Made by a program: the position numbers and the translations under genes
In this document: positions 9,117-17,449 of the stretch, in pieces
How the letters are laid out: every line of letters starts with the position of its first letter
How positions within the stretch are numbered: the first letter of the stretch is position 1
Source of the DNA: a virus
Lineage: Duplodnaviria; Caudoviricetes
Virus record (IMG/VR): IMGVR_UViG_3300032239_000669
Coordinates: 1 to 29,285 of that record
Strand: one strand, 5' to 3'
Length of the DNA: 29,285 nucleotides
Notes under the pieces: generated by a model
Database searches by the model: none
What the model was told of the DNA's origin: nothing
The model's input: the letters and a program-made list of their open reading frames with translations, nothing else

Positions 9117-9653
9117 TTAGACCAAGTCTTCTGCCGTCATGTCCTCGAAGTCATCTTCGTCGGCCACGCCGCCGCCAGCGAAGTGTTCGCCGTCCTTGTA
9201 GAACTGCACACCGGCCAGCGTGGCGTTGATGCGCTTGCCGTAGTTGTTGTCCTGCGCCCACAGTTCGACGCTGGCGTTGACATAGCAGCCCGCGTAGGGC
9301 TTGCCGTCTTCCTCGGCCAGCGGGGACTTGTTGACGTCAATCACCAAGGGGCGCAGCGCGTTGCGGGCGCTGACGTACAGCATGCCCTCAAAGCCCGCGT
9401 AGTTGGACTTCAGGTCGCCGCTGTGCAGGCAGGTCTTGTCGGCCGCGCGCAGGGTCTTCAGGTTGGCGTCGGCCTTGACGCCCCACTTCTCGCGTGCCAC
9501 GGCGTCGATGGCCGCGTTGACGGCCTTGACCTGCGGGTCCTTGGGGTCGAGCAGGAAGACCGCGCTGAAGGCAGGCTTGCCCTCACCGTTGACCGTCTTG
9601 GCCTCGAACAGGTTAGGGAAGCTCAGGCGTACGTTGTTCAGTTTTACTTTCAT
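9117..9653 (-). CDS. DUF2815 family ssDNA-binding protein
   Basis: NVRLSFPNLF, YAGCYVNAS, GVQFYKDGE and acidic tail. GGAG RBS favours the start at 9653. Confidence 0.92.
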   Translation of the reverse strand: MKVKLNNVRLSFPNLFEAKTVNGEGKPAFSAVFLLDPKDPQVKAVNAAIDAVAREKWGVKADANLKTLRAADKTCLHSGDLKSNYAGFEGMLYVSARNALRPLVIDVNKSPLAEEDGKPYAGCYVNASVELWAQDNNYGKRINATLAGVQFYKDGEHFAGGGVADEDDFEDMTAEDLV

Positions 9654-9669
9654 GGTGTTCTCCAAAGGG

Positions 9670-10821
9670 TTAATTCGTCACGTCGTCAAAGTCAGAAGCG
9701 GTCGCTGACGTAACCAGCGCGGGCCGCTTATCGGATTCGGGTGCCACCGATGGCTGCCCTTCAGATTGGGTGATCAGGTCCTGAATTCTTGTCCACTGAC
9801 GTGGTCCAACAGTCCCGGCCTTAGCCAGCTTCTCGATGCTGGTGGGGCTGGCCAGCTTGTAGTCATACATCTGGTCGTGCTTGACCCGCATGAGCTTGAG
9901 CGTCGCCTCGGCCTCGTCCGGGTCGGCCCACTGCCGGTTGCCCTTCTTGCCCTGCACCAGCTTGTAGCCGCGAACCGGCTCACCGGCCAGCAGGCGGCGC
10001 TCGACCTCGGCACGCACGGCCTTGACCCACTTCTCAATCATGTCCGCGTTGGCCATGATGCGCGCCAGATCGCGCTCGTCCGCCGTCTCGGGCACCACGG
10101 TGTCGAAGTCGTCCATGATCCGTTCAATGATGGCCGGGCACGTCGCCTTGGCCCTGCACCACTGGCAACCCTTCGCGGACGGCACCAGCGGGGCGTCAAA
10201 CTGCCGAGTTAGCTCCGCGCAGAACTGCACCTCGGCCATAAAGTTTTTCAATCCCTGCACGGTAGTGGTCCACTCAGGGCTGGCGTTTAGGCGGGGCTGC
10301 ACGATCATCATGCGCACGCGCTTGAAGTCGTAGGCCAGCTCGTGTTCCACGTAGGCTGCGGCCGCGTACATCATGAGCTGCGGGTTCTCCTCGGCTTCCA
10401 CCGCGACACCCCGACCGAACTTGGCGTCAATGACAATCAGCTCGTCCATGGTCATGATGACGGCGTCGGCGGTGCCGTGGGCATCCTCCTCGCCGGTCAT
10501 GTGCCAGATAGACAGCCGCTGCTCGACCAGCAGCGCACCGCCGGTGGCCTTGACGATGCCGCGCACCGTGTCCACATATTCCTGAATTGCCTGCGCCTGC
10601 TCGGCCTGCAAGATCAGCCCGGTCTCGGGATCGGTCACGCCGACGTACCCGGCGGCGTCAGTGCCCCGGGTCAGGCAGTGCGCCGACACGGTGTGCATCA
10701 TCGTGCCCTCCAACGAGGCGTCGGAGCTAGTGTCGGGGATGCCCTCGCACATCCGCACCGAGCCGGGGCAGGACATCCAGCGCACGGCCGAGCTGGGGGA
10801 TAGCTGGGCGTGTGCGCTCAT
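9670..10821 (-). CDS. DUF2800 family PD-(D/E)xK (Cas4-like) exonuclease
   Basis: HAQLSPSS..RW..CPGS, GTAD, IDAKFG, NPQLMMYA, CQWCRAKATC. Confidence 0.92.
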   Translation of the reverse strand: MSAHAQLSPSSAVRWMSCPGSVRMCEGIPDTSSDASLEGTMMHTVSAHCLTRGTDAAGYVGVTDPETGLILQAEQAQAIQEYVDTVRGIVKATGGALLVEQRLSIWHMTGEEDAHGTADAVIMTMDELIVIDAKFGRGVAVEAEENPQLMMYAAAAYVEHELAYDFKRVRMMIVQPRLNASPEWTTTVQGLKNFMAEVQFCAELTRQFDAPLVPSAKGCQWCRAKATCPAIIERIMDDFDTVVPETADERDLARIMANADMIEKWVKAVRAEVERRLLAGEPVRGYKLVQGKKGNRQWADPDEAEATLKLMRVKHDQMYDYKLASPTSIEKLAKAGTVGPRQWTRIQDLITQSEGQPSVAPESDKRPALVTSATASDFDDVTN

Positions 10822-11186
10822 GCTGCCAGCTCTTCCAAGAAGGCCGCGTAGTCCTCGACCTTGAGCTGGGGGCCCTTGGCCGCGCCAAACTTGGCCAGCG
10901 CCGCGATGACCTTGGCCTTGTCAACCTTGAACGTGCTGGTGATAGCTGCGGCCACCTGCGCGTAGTCAATACCAACTGCCTGCGGGAGGGTGGTCGCAGG
11001 GGACGACGTAACGGGCGGGACGGAAGGCTTTTCCTCGGAGGTAGTCGGGGTGTCGGCCTTTGGGCGCAGCTTTGGGACGGGAGGTGCCTCCTGCGGGGCT
11101 GCGGCCATGGGTTGGAACCCTTCCAGTGCGCGGATCAGGTCCTTCATCATCTCGGTGTTGCGCTCAAGCGCTTGCTCTAGGCTCAT
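10818..11186 (-). CDS. Hypothetical protein, first gene of the APSE-like replication operon
   Basis: GGAG RBS. N-terminal helix, Pro/Thr linker and C-terminal 'LAKFGAAK..QL..EDY' helical domain. Confidence 0.75.
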   Translation of the reverse strand: MSLEQALERNTEMMKDLIRALEGFQPMAAAPQEAPPVPKLRPKADTPTTSEEKPSVPPVTSSPATTLPQAVGIDYAQVAAAITSTFKVDKAKVIAALAKFGAAKGPQLKVEDYAAFLEELAA

Positions 11187-11341
11187 GTGTGTATCTCCAT
11201 AAAGCCACAACGGGATTGTTGTGGGTGCGCCGATGGTACACCACTTTTCTGGGCTTGTTGTAACTTTCTAAAAATATTTTGTTGTGGGTACAAGTTTTTG
11301 TTGTACTATCGGGCTTCCCTTAACTTTTTGGAGATACACAC
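11187..11341. promoter_or_regulatory. Divergent promoter/operator region
   Basis: AT-rich gap between divergent operons. Palindromes CCACAAC-N6-GTTGTGG (11205-24) and GTACAA-N7-TTGTAC (11288-306). TTGTTGTGGGT-like repeats and TACTAT at 11304. Confidence 0.65.
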
Positions 11342-11665
11342 ATGAACTGGAACCCCTACAAACGCATCGCCGACCTTGAGCGCCGGGTCGAACAAATGCA
11401 CCATGAGATGCTGCACATGGTGGCAAGCACCAGTGCGCGCGTGCGCATGCTGGAACAAAAAATGGGCCGCAACACCGTGCTGGCCGACTTCAAGGACGAG
11501 ACCATGCAAACGCCCGGCGGCCTGCCCACCGGGCTGCTGACCCTTGAGCAGACCCAAGCCCTGCTTGACAAGCGCGTGCGCGCCAACGCCGCCGCCCGCA
11601 AGGCTTACGCCAAGAAGAAGCGGCTGGAGGCTAAGGCCATGGCCATGCAAGGGGAGCGGTCATGA
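11342..11665 (+). CDS. Hypothetical protein (coiled coil, basic C-terminus)
   Basis: GGAG RBS, first gene of the rightward operon, ATGA overlap with the next gene. Confidence 0.75.
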   Translation: MNWNPYKRIADLERRVEQMHHEMLHMVASTSARVRMLEQKMGRNTVLADFKDETMQTPGGLPTGLLTLEQTQALLDKRVRANAAARKAYAKKKRLEAKAMAMQGERS

Positions 11666-11799
11666 AATACATCGCCGACCTGTTTGCGCTGGTGGGGCTG
11701 GTCTCCACCATCATCGTGGTGGGGTTCTACCTTGGCTACGCTACTTACCATCCGCCGTGCCGCACCGTGGCATCCATGTTCACGAAGGGGTGCAAATGA
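11662..11799 (+). CDS. Small membrane protein (45 aa, MKYIADLFALVG...)
   Basis: GGGGAG RBS, ATGA overlaps at both ends, one TM stretch. Confidence 0.65.
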   Translation: MKYIADLFALVGLVSTIIVVGFYLGYATYHPPCRTVASMFTKGCK

Positions 11800-11975
11800 C
11801 CGAAGACCAAAAGTGGCAGGTTATGAGCGCCTTGATGCCGCCAGCGTATTTGGCCGCAATCATCACGCGGATAGTGGACGGCACCATCAGCAGGGCGGGT
11901 GCGCTGATTGTGTTCGACACCATCTACGAGCGAAATAAGGCCAAGTTGGCCGCAGCAATTAAGGAGCAGGCATGA
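11796..11975 (+). CDS. Small protein resembling a GatB/YqeY C-terminal helical segment (59 aa)
   Basis: ATGA coupling on both sides. PAYLAAIITRIVDGTISRAGALIVFDTIY resembles the GatB 'P..LA.L...I.DGTIS...AK.VF' segment. Confidence 0.55.
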   Translation: MTEDQKWQVMSALMPPAYLAAIITRIVDGTISRAGALIVFDTIYERNKAKLAAAIKEQA

Positions 11976-12451
11976 AAATGGACGATGAAATCTTAAATTT
12001 GCCTATATCAACGCGTTGCTATTACGCTTTATATCGAAACGACATTCAAAATTTGGCCGAACTCACCAAAATGTCAAAACGCGATTTATTGAACTTGCCC
12101 ACCTTCGGTAAAAAGTGTTTAGAAGAAATTGTTGAAGCATTGGGAGAGATAGGACTTTCACTTAGCCCCGGCCCCGAAGACAAAAAGCAATGGGAAGAAT
12201 TGGGTGAACGCGTTAATAAACAAATAAAAGGATTTTTGGCCATGAAAGAAGACACCACAACCATCGACCCAACATGGATGCAAAAGACAGGCGGCTATGC
12301 CCGCGACATGACCCTGCGTGACCACTTTGCTGGGTTGGCTATGCAAGGCATGTACACCTCAAAATCTTTTCCCACAGACGTGATGGCAGACACAGCAATA
12401 GAGGCTTACCAAATGGCAGACGTAATGCTTGCCGCAAGGGAGGAGAAATGA
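11972..12451 (+). CDS. RNA polymerase alpha-CTD-like domain fused to a phage 'MTLRDxFA' domain
   Basis: ILNLPISTRCYYAL...DLLNLPTFGKKCLEEI..L...GLSL matches alpha-CTD. C-terminal MTLRDHFAGLAMQG...AYQMADVML. AAGGAG RBS. Confidence 0.85.
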   Translation: MKMDDEILNLPISTRCYYALYRNDIQNLAELTKMSKRDLLNLPTFGKKCLEEIVEALGEIGLSLSPGPEDKKQWEELGERVNKQIKGFLAMKEDTTTIDPTWMQKTGGYARDMTLRDHFAGLAMQGMYTSKSFPTDVMADTAIEAYQMADVMLAAREEK

Positions 12452-12564
12452 GCGGCGAAGATGATGACTATTTAGAGGACATCGTGGTCACCGTCATCTC
12501 GGTGTTCGCGTTCATGCTGTTCGTCGTTGCTGTTGGCAGTATCGTGTGGGCGCTCATATCATGA
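12448..12564 (+). CDS. Small membrane protein (38 aa, acidic N-terminus + TM)
   Basis: GGAGG RBS and ATGA overlaps at both ends. Confidence 0.6.
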   Translation: MSGEDDDYLEDIVVTVISVFAFMLFVVAVGSIVWALIS

Positions 12565-12773
12565 TCCAAGTCATCTACATCCCCGTGCTTTTTGTTTGTA
12601 TGGCTAACCACTGCGAGTTTATGCAAACGCAAAACTGGTTTAAATCAGAACAGCAATGCCGCACTGCGGTAGATGTTCAAAAGGAAAATCTACAAAAGAT
12701 GGCCCTCAAAGGTGGGCAGATGGTTACCCAGCTTGAAGGCACTTGCATCACACTACGAAATGGAATGCTATGA
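12561..12773 (+). CDS. Small Cys-containing hypothetical protein
   Basis: ATGA coupling, hydrophobic N-terminus, four Cys. Confidence 0.65.
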   Translation: MIQVIYIPVLFVCMANHCEFMQTQNWFKSEQQCRTAVDVQKENLQKMALKGGQMVTQLEGTCITLRNGML

Positions 12774-12988
12774 AAACACCTGAAGACGAAGCGTTTGAAG
12801 AAATTGAGCGCAGACAAGGCGGTGGCTTTTCCGCTAAGAGGGCTATGGCTGCGGATAAACAGCGCGAATGGGTAGGGCTGACAGATGAGGAGATTGCACA
12901 AGGTAACAAAGAATCTTGGGTAGATAAACAGGCTTGGCAATCAGCAGTCTGGTGGGCAGAAGCCAAACTCAAGGATAAGAACACATGA
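12770..12988 (+). CDS. Hypothetical phage protein ('WVGLTDEEI' motif)
   Basis: ATGA coupling at both ends. Confidence 0.7.
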   Translation: MKTPEDEAFEEIERRQGGGFSAKRAMAADKQREWVGLTDEEIAQGNKESWVDKQAWQSAVWWAEAKLKDKNT

Positions 12989-13386
12989 TCTGCCCTACCT
13001 GCAACGCGTGGACCCGCACGCTGGAGACGCGGGAGAAGTTTGACGGCACTACCCGCCGCCGGTACGAATGCGCCAACCTGCACCGATTCCACACAACAGA
13101 GTCGGTGGTCATCGTGCCTGTCCCGGTAACGAGGGCCGATGAGGTACGCAAAATTATGCGGCAGGATTACTTGGGCGGCATGACCGCGTCCCACCTAGGG
13201 CTCTGCCTTGGCATGCCCACGCGCTTGGCAAGGGAGGTGTTCGTGAGGATGCGGGACGCCTACGTCAGGAGCTGGATTGTCGAGAAGGACAGGTGGGTGG
13301 GAGTGTGGGCCCTTGCCGAAGACATTGACGACGTTCCACCCAACTGCCCCAGACCAACAATGAAACCACCGAAAGCAAACAAATGA
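12985..13386 (+). CDS. Zinc-ribbon (NrdR N-terminal-like) protein with probable HTH C-terminus
   Basis: CPTC...LETR...RRRYECANLHRFHTTE. AAGGA RBS. Confidence 0.7.
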   Translation: MICPTCNAWTRTLETREKFDGTTRRRYECANLHRFHTTESVVIVPVPVTRADEVRKIMRQDYLGGMTASHLGLCLGMPTRLAREVFVRMRDAYVRSWIVEKDRWVGVWALAEDIDDVPPNCPRPTMKPPKANK

Positions 13387-13610
13387 GCACCGTACTGAAA
13401 TCAGGGATAGAGCAGGCCGTGGCGGCCGCAGGGTCGCAGGCCAAGCTGGCCGACATGCTGGGCTGCACGCAGCAGAACGTGTCGTTCTGGGTGAGGCAGG
13501 GCTACGTGCCCGTGGAGCGCATCAGGGAGATTGAGCAGGCCACCGGCGTGCATCGGTCTATACTGATCGACCCTGCGTTGATAGACCTGCTGGCACCGGC
13601 AGACCTATAA
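13383..13610 (+). CDS. Cro/YdaS-like HTH regulator
   Basis: AGSQAKLADMLGCTQQNVSFW...IEQATGV, directly upstream of the primase. Confidence 0.88.
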   Translation: MSTVLKSGIEQAVAAAGSQAKLADMLGCTQQNVSFWVRQGYVPVERIREIEQATGVHRSILIDPALIDLLAPADL

Positions 13611-13713
13611 TCGTTTCGGAACACGGCTAGGTGCGAAGTCATGAGCGCACCGAAAAGCGAACTACCCACGCAGCCGTTGTTCACTTTATTTTTGGGTACG
13701 TTTGGGTACAACA

Positions 13714-15765
13714 ATGACACAGACAACACCAGACCTGCCACCAATTGGGCAGGTATTTAAGCCGCAGCACATCCCGCAGCAGCTCAAGGACATGCGACGC
13801 TGGGCCCCGTGGAAGGCCGTGTGGAACGAGACCCGGCAGAAGTACGACAAGATCCCCTACCACCCCGACCACTATGGCTTGAGCACCAAGGACGTCAAGC
13901 GCTGGGTTGACTTCGACACCGCCAACAGCTCTCAGCGGCTCAACCCCAGCAAGTACAAGGGCGTGGGCTTCGTGCTCACCGACATCACCGACGTGGTGGG
14001 CATCGACCTCGACAACTGCGTGAAGGACGGCGTCATCGCCCCGTGGGCCTTGGAGATCATCGACGCCGTCAGCAGCTACACCGAGCGCAGTCCAAGCGGC
14101 AATGGCATCCGCATACTGGCCACCGGCACCTTCCACAGCGACTGGAACAACCACGACGTGGGCATCGAGGTCTACGCTGGCCACGCGCCCCGCTTCCTGA
14201 CCATCACAGGCGACGCGGTGGGGCTTCCAGTCGGGTACCCGTTGTACGAGGCCCCGGCAGAGGTCCTGAGCGCCCTGCACAGCCGCTACGGGCGCGGGCG
14301 GGCCACCGCCAACGTGATCCCCATCCAGATGCCCGAGCTGGTCCCGTACGTCTTGCTGCCCGACGTGGAGGACATGGACATACCCGAGGCCACCAAGGAC
14401 GTCTTGCTGTACGGCCCGGACGATACCGACGACCGCTCACTGGCCCTGCACCGCACCGGTGTGCAGCTCTACAGCGCGGGCTACAGCGACGCCCAAGTCC
14501 TGTCCATACTGGCCAACAGCCAGCCCCTGTTCGACGTGGCCCTGTCCCACCGCCGCAACGATGACGAGCGTGCCCTGCAGTACCTGTGGGTCGAGCACTG
14601 CCAGAAGGCCAAGCCCAAGGCCGTCACCAAGGACTCGGTGCTGGCCGACTTCCAAGACCTGAGCGGCGACCCCGAGGTGGCCGCCCAGACAAAAAAGTCC
14701 GAGGAGGCTAAAGCCAAGGCCGAGGACCGCTTCAAGCTGGAGACCACCGAGGAGTTCATCGTACGCCGCAAGTCATCGTGGATCATCAAGAACGTCATTC
14801 CCAACGCGAATCTGGGCGTGATCTACGGGGCCTCGGGCTCGGGCAAGTCCTTCTTCGCTTTCGAGATGGCCGCAGCCATCGCCCGTGGCATACCGTGGCG
14901 GGGCAACAGGACAACCAAGTCCAAGGTCTGCTGGGTGGCCGCAGAGGGTCAGGAGGACATGCGCAAGCGCGTGGCCGGGTACTGCCTGCACCACAAGATA
15001 GACCCCAAGGAGCTGACCAACCTGTACTTCGTGGCCAACGCACCGAACATGATGGAGCTCACCGACGCCCGGGCGCTGGTCAAGCAGATACGGGTCCAAG
15101 GCCAGTTTGATCTGGTGGTCATGGACACGCTGGCCCAAGTCATGCCCGGCGGCAATGAGAACAGCGGGGAGGACATGGGCAAGGTGCTGGGGCACTGCAA
15201 GGAGATCACCCGGCTCACGGGGGCCATGGTCGAGCTGATCCACCACAGCGGCAAGGACGAGTCCCGGGGAGCCCGGGGATGGTCGGGGCTGCGGGCGGCT
15301 TGCGATTTTGAGTTCGAGGTCATACGGGCCGACGAGGACCGCGTGGCGACCATTACCAAGATGAAGGGCGGCGCGGACGGCGGCGACTTCGGCTTCCGGC
15401 TGCAGACCATCGTGGTGGGCAAGGACGATGACGAGGAGGACGAGACCACCTGCATTGTGGAGTACACGGACGGCAGTAGGCAGGACGCTGTTGCGGCACG
15501 GGAGCCTAATGGCGATGTGGGTAAGGCGCTGGTGGAGGTGCTTACAAACGCGGGGCTGACGCCCGATAACACGATGACCCGGCTGGAGCTTGTGGAGGCC
15601 GTCTGGCCCGGCAGACCACGCGGTGATTCGGAGCGGGATCAGCGAAAAGGCAACGTCAACAAGGCCCTGAACGTGCTCATAGACCGGAAGATTGTGGTCC
15701 AGAGTGCTGCCGGGGTTATTTCAATGGCCGTAAAAAAGAACGCGGTCCCTCCCGCGAGTACGTAA
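13714..15765 (+). CDS. Primase-polymerase (AEP/PrimPol) fused to AAA_25/RepA-like helicase
   Basis: GVGFVL, GIDLDNC and YTERSPSGNGIR in the N-terminal part. Walker A GASGSGKS, Walker B VVMDT, IHHSGK and RGWS. An alternative TTG start lies at 13702. Confidence 0.9.
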   Translation: MTQTTPDLPPIGQVFKPQHIPQQLKDMRRWAPWKAVWNETRQKYDKIPYHPDHYGLSTKDVKRWVDFDTANSSQRLNPSKYKGVGFVLTDITDVVGIDLDNCVKDGVIAPWALEIIDAVSSYTERSPSGNGIRILATGTFHSDWNNHDVGIEVYAGHAPRFLTITGDAVGLPVGYPLYEAPAEVLSALHSRYGRGRATANVIPIQMPELVPYVLLPDVEDMDIPEATKDVLLYGPDDTDDRSLALHRTGVQLYSAGYSDAQVLSILANSQPLFDVALSHRRNDDERALQYLWVEHCQKAKPKAVTKDSVLADFQDLSGDPEVAAQTKKSEEAKAKAEDRFKLETTEEFIVRRKSSWIIKNVIPNANLGVIYGASGSGKSFFAFEMAAAIARGIPWRGNRTTKSKVCWVAAEGQEDMRKRVAGYCLHHKIDPKELTNLYFVANAPNMMELTDARALVKQIRVQGQFDLVVMDTLAQVMPGGNENSGEDMGKVLGHCKEITRLTGAMVELIHHSGKDESRGARGWSGLRAACDFEFEVIRADEDRVATITKMKGGADGGDFGFRLQTIVVGKDDDEEDETTCIVEYTDGSRQDAVAAREPNGDVGKALVEVLTNAGLTPDNTMTRLELVEAVWPGRPRGDSERDQRKGNVNKALNVLIDRKIVVQSAAGVISMAVKKNAVPPAST

Positions 15766-15774
15766 AAAAATGCG

Positions 15775-15868
15775 TGCTTCCAGTGCTTCCAACTGCTTCC
15801 GCAGCGCTTCCGCAGCTGCTTCCTGCTTCCGCTGCTTCCTCCCTCTTTAGAGGAGGAAGCAGGAAGCA
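15775..15868. repeat. GCTTCC iteron-like cluster with inverted copies (candidate replication origin)
   Basis: 7 direct GCTTCC copies (15776-15839) and 2 inverted GGAAGC (15855, 15862). 10-bp stem TGCTTCCTCC/GGAGGAAGCA, followed by an AT-rich tract. Confidence 0.7.
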
Positions 15869-16025
15869 CGACAAAAGCAACAGATAAGCAATTATTTACA
15901 AAAACTATGATGGTGGAATTAACAATAGAAATATTTTACAAATAAACGCTTGTAACATCGAAAAAACGGGTACACTTCATCCCATCGCAACAACGCGATG
16001 ACACACAAACACACAGGAGTTAAAA

Positions 16026-16316
16026 ATGGCAAAAGCAGCAAAGTTGGTGGTGGAGTTGAACGAAGGTTCCGTGGATCGTCTGGGCATGTTGCTGGCACAG
16101 ATCGCCGACCTGACCAAGGAAGCCGACGCGATCAAGGACGCGATCAAGCTGGCCGGTGAGTCCATGGAGGGCTCGTTCTTCAAGGCCACGCTTACCAAAG
16201 ACGTCGACAAAAAAATCTTCGACAAGGAATTCTTCGTCCAGCAGCACGGTGAGATTGCGTACGACGCCTACACCAAGAACATCCAAATCACTTCCGTCAA
16301 AGTCACTTCCCGTTAA
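16026..16316 (+). CDS. Hypothetical phage protein (96 aa)
   Basis: AGGAG RBS, followed by a hairpin. Confidence 0.8.
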   Translation: MAKAAKLVVELNEGSVDRLGMLLAQIADLTKEADAIKDAIKLAGESMEGSFFKATLTKDVDKKIFDKEFFVQQHGEIAYDAYTKNIQITSVKVTSR

Positions 16317-16324
16317 TCAACCCG

Positions 16325-16338
16325 GGGGCTTCGGCCCC
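16325..16338 (+). terminator. GC hairpin with cUUCGg loop (no U tract, so weak terminator or stabiliser)
   Basis: GGGGC-TTCG-GCCCC. Confidence 0.5.
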
Positions 16339-16353
16339 TAGAAAGGAATCCCC

Positions 16354-16518
16354 ATGATCTGCATCTACACAGTCCGTAAAAACGGCAAGATTGTTTTTTC
16401 CAGCAAACCCATGTCTGAGTCGCAGGCATTGGCTGAGGCCGCGCAGTATGCGGAAGCAGAAGTGACGGAGTGCGAAGAGTACTTCGGCCAAGACGACGAA
16501 ATCGATTTTCAAGCATAA
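16354..16518 (+). CDS. Small acidic hypothetical protein (54 aa)
   Basis: AAGGA RBS. Fills the gap before DUF932. Confidence 0.6.
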   Translation: MICIYTVRKNGKIVFSSKPMSESQALAEAAQYAEAEVTECEEYFGQDDEIDFQA

Positions 16519-16539
16519 CTTTTACCCTAGGAGAACACC

Positions 16540-17406
16540 ATGATCCGTTTCGCAACCGCTTCCGCACAAACTACTTTCCGCTCACAGAGCCCCCTGAGCA
16601 ACGACCAGATCGCCTACCACGCGCCCAGCGTGATGGCCAGCGAGGCCCACCACTCCCGTGGTGAACGCTACGCGTTCATCCCCACGATTCAAGTGATTGA
16701 CGGCCTGCGGGCCGAGGGCTTTGAGCCCTACGAGATCCGTCAGACCAAGACCCGCGACGCGGGCAAGCGTGAGCACACCAAGCACATGGTGCGCATGCGT
16801 CACCTGAGCTCGATTGCCACTGCTGAGGAGGTGCCCGAGATCATCCTGCTGAACAGCCACGACGGCAGCAGCTCGTACCAGATCATGTCGGGCGTGTTCC
16901 GCTTTGTGTGCTCCAACGGCCTGATCGCTGGCGACATGTTCAACAACATCCGCGTCCGGCACAGCGGCCGGATCGTGGACGACGTCATCGAGGGCGCGAC
17001 CCGGGTGCTGGAGGACGCCAAGCAGATCGGCTACCGCATCGCCGATTACAAGGCCATCACGCTGGACCACGACGAGCAGGTCGCGTTCGCCAAAGCCGCA
17101 GGACAAGTGCGCTGGGGTGACGACGCCCCGGTCACGCCCTACCGCATGCTGACGGCCAACCGTTGGCAGGACAACAAGGCCGACCTGTGGACCACGTTCA
17201 ACCGCGTGCAGGAGAACATGCTCAAGGGCGGCGTTCCCGGCCGCAGCTCCACCGGCCGTCGCATGACGACCCGCGCGGTGGGCGGCGTCAGCGAGAACGT
17301 GAAGCTCAACAAGGCACTGTGGACGCTGGCGGATACCATGGCCGCCCTGAAGCTGGACAAGGCCACCGACGCGTTCGTGGAAGCCCACGAGCACGCCTAC
17401 CTGTAA
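16540..17406 (+). CDS. DUF932 family protein
   Basis: EGFEP....Q...RD..KREHTKHM, EIILLNSHDGSSSY, FRFVCSNGLI, DLWTTFNRVQEN, KLNKALW. Confidence 0.92.
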   Translation: MIRFATASAQTTFRSQSPLSNDQIAYHAPSVMASEAHHSRGERYAFIPTIQVIDGLRAEGFEPYEIRQTKTRDAGKREHTKHMVRMRHLSSIATAEEVPEIILLNSHDGSSSYQIMSGVFRFVCSNGLIAGDMFNNIRVRHSGRIVDDVIEGATRVLEDAKQIGYRIADYKAITLDHDEQVAFAKAAGQVRWGDDAPVTPYRMLTANRWQDNKADLWTTFNRVQENMLKGGVPGRSSTGRRMTTRAVGGVSENVKLNKALWTLADTMAALKLDKATDAFVEAHEHAYL

Positions 17407-17415
17407 ACCAACCCG

Positions 17416-17433
17416 GCCCCCTCGCGGGGGCCA
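17416..17433 (+). terminator. GC-rich hairpin after DUF932
   Basis: GGCCCCC-TCGC-GGGGGCC, no U tract. Confidence 0.4.
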
Positions 17434-17449
17434 CAACCAAGGAGCCAGC

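Noticed and set aside
9670-10821. Cas4-like nuclease as evidence of CRISPR-Cas
   Set aside because: DUF2800 is a standard member of the APSE-like replication module.
11544-11975. 143-aa ORF
   Set aside because: Better explained as three ATGA-coupled genes. Only the last 59 codons appear coding.
15775-15868. Possible CRISPR array
   Set aside because: Repeats are 6-7 bp with 1-6 bp gaps, with no unique spacers and no cas operon.
15950-15976. TTGTAA/TACACT sigma70 promoter
   Set aside because: The spacer is only 15 bp. A promoter here is likely, but the exact boxes cannot be supported.
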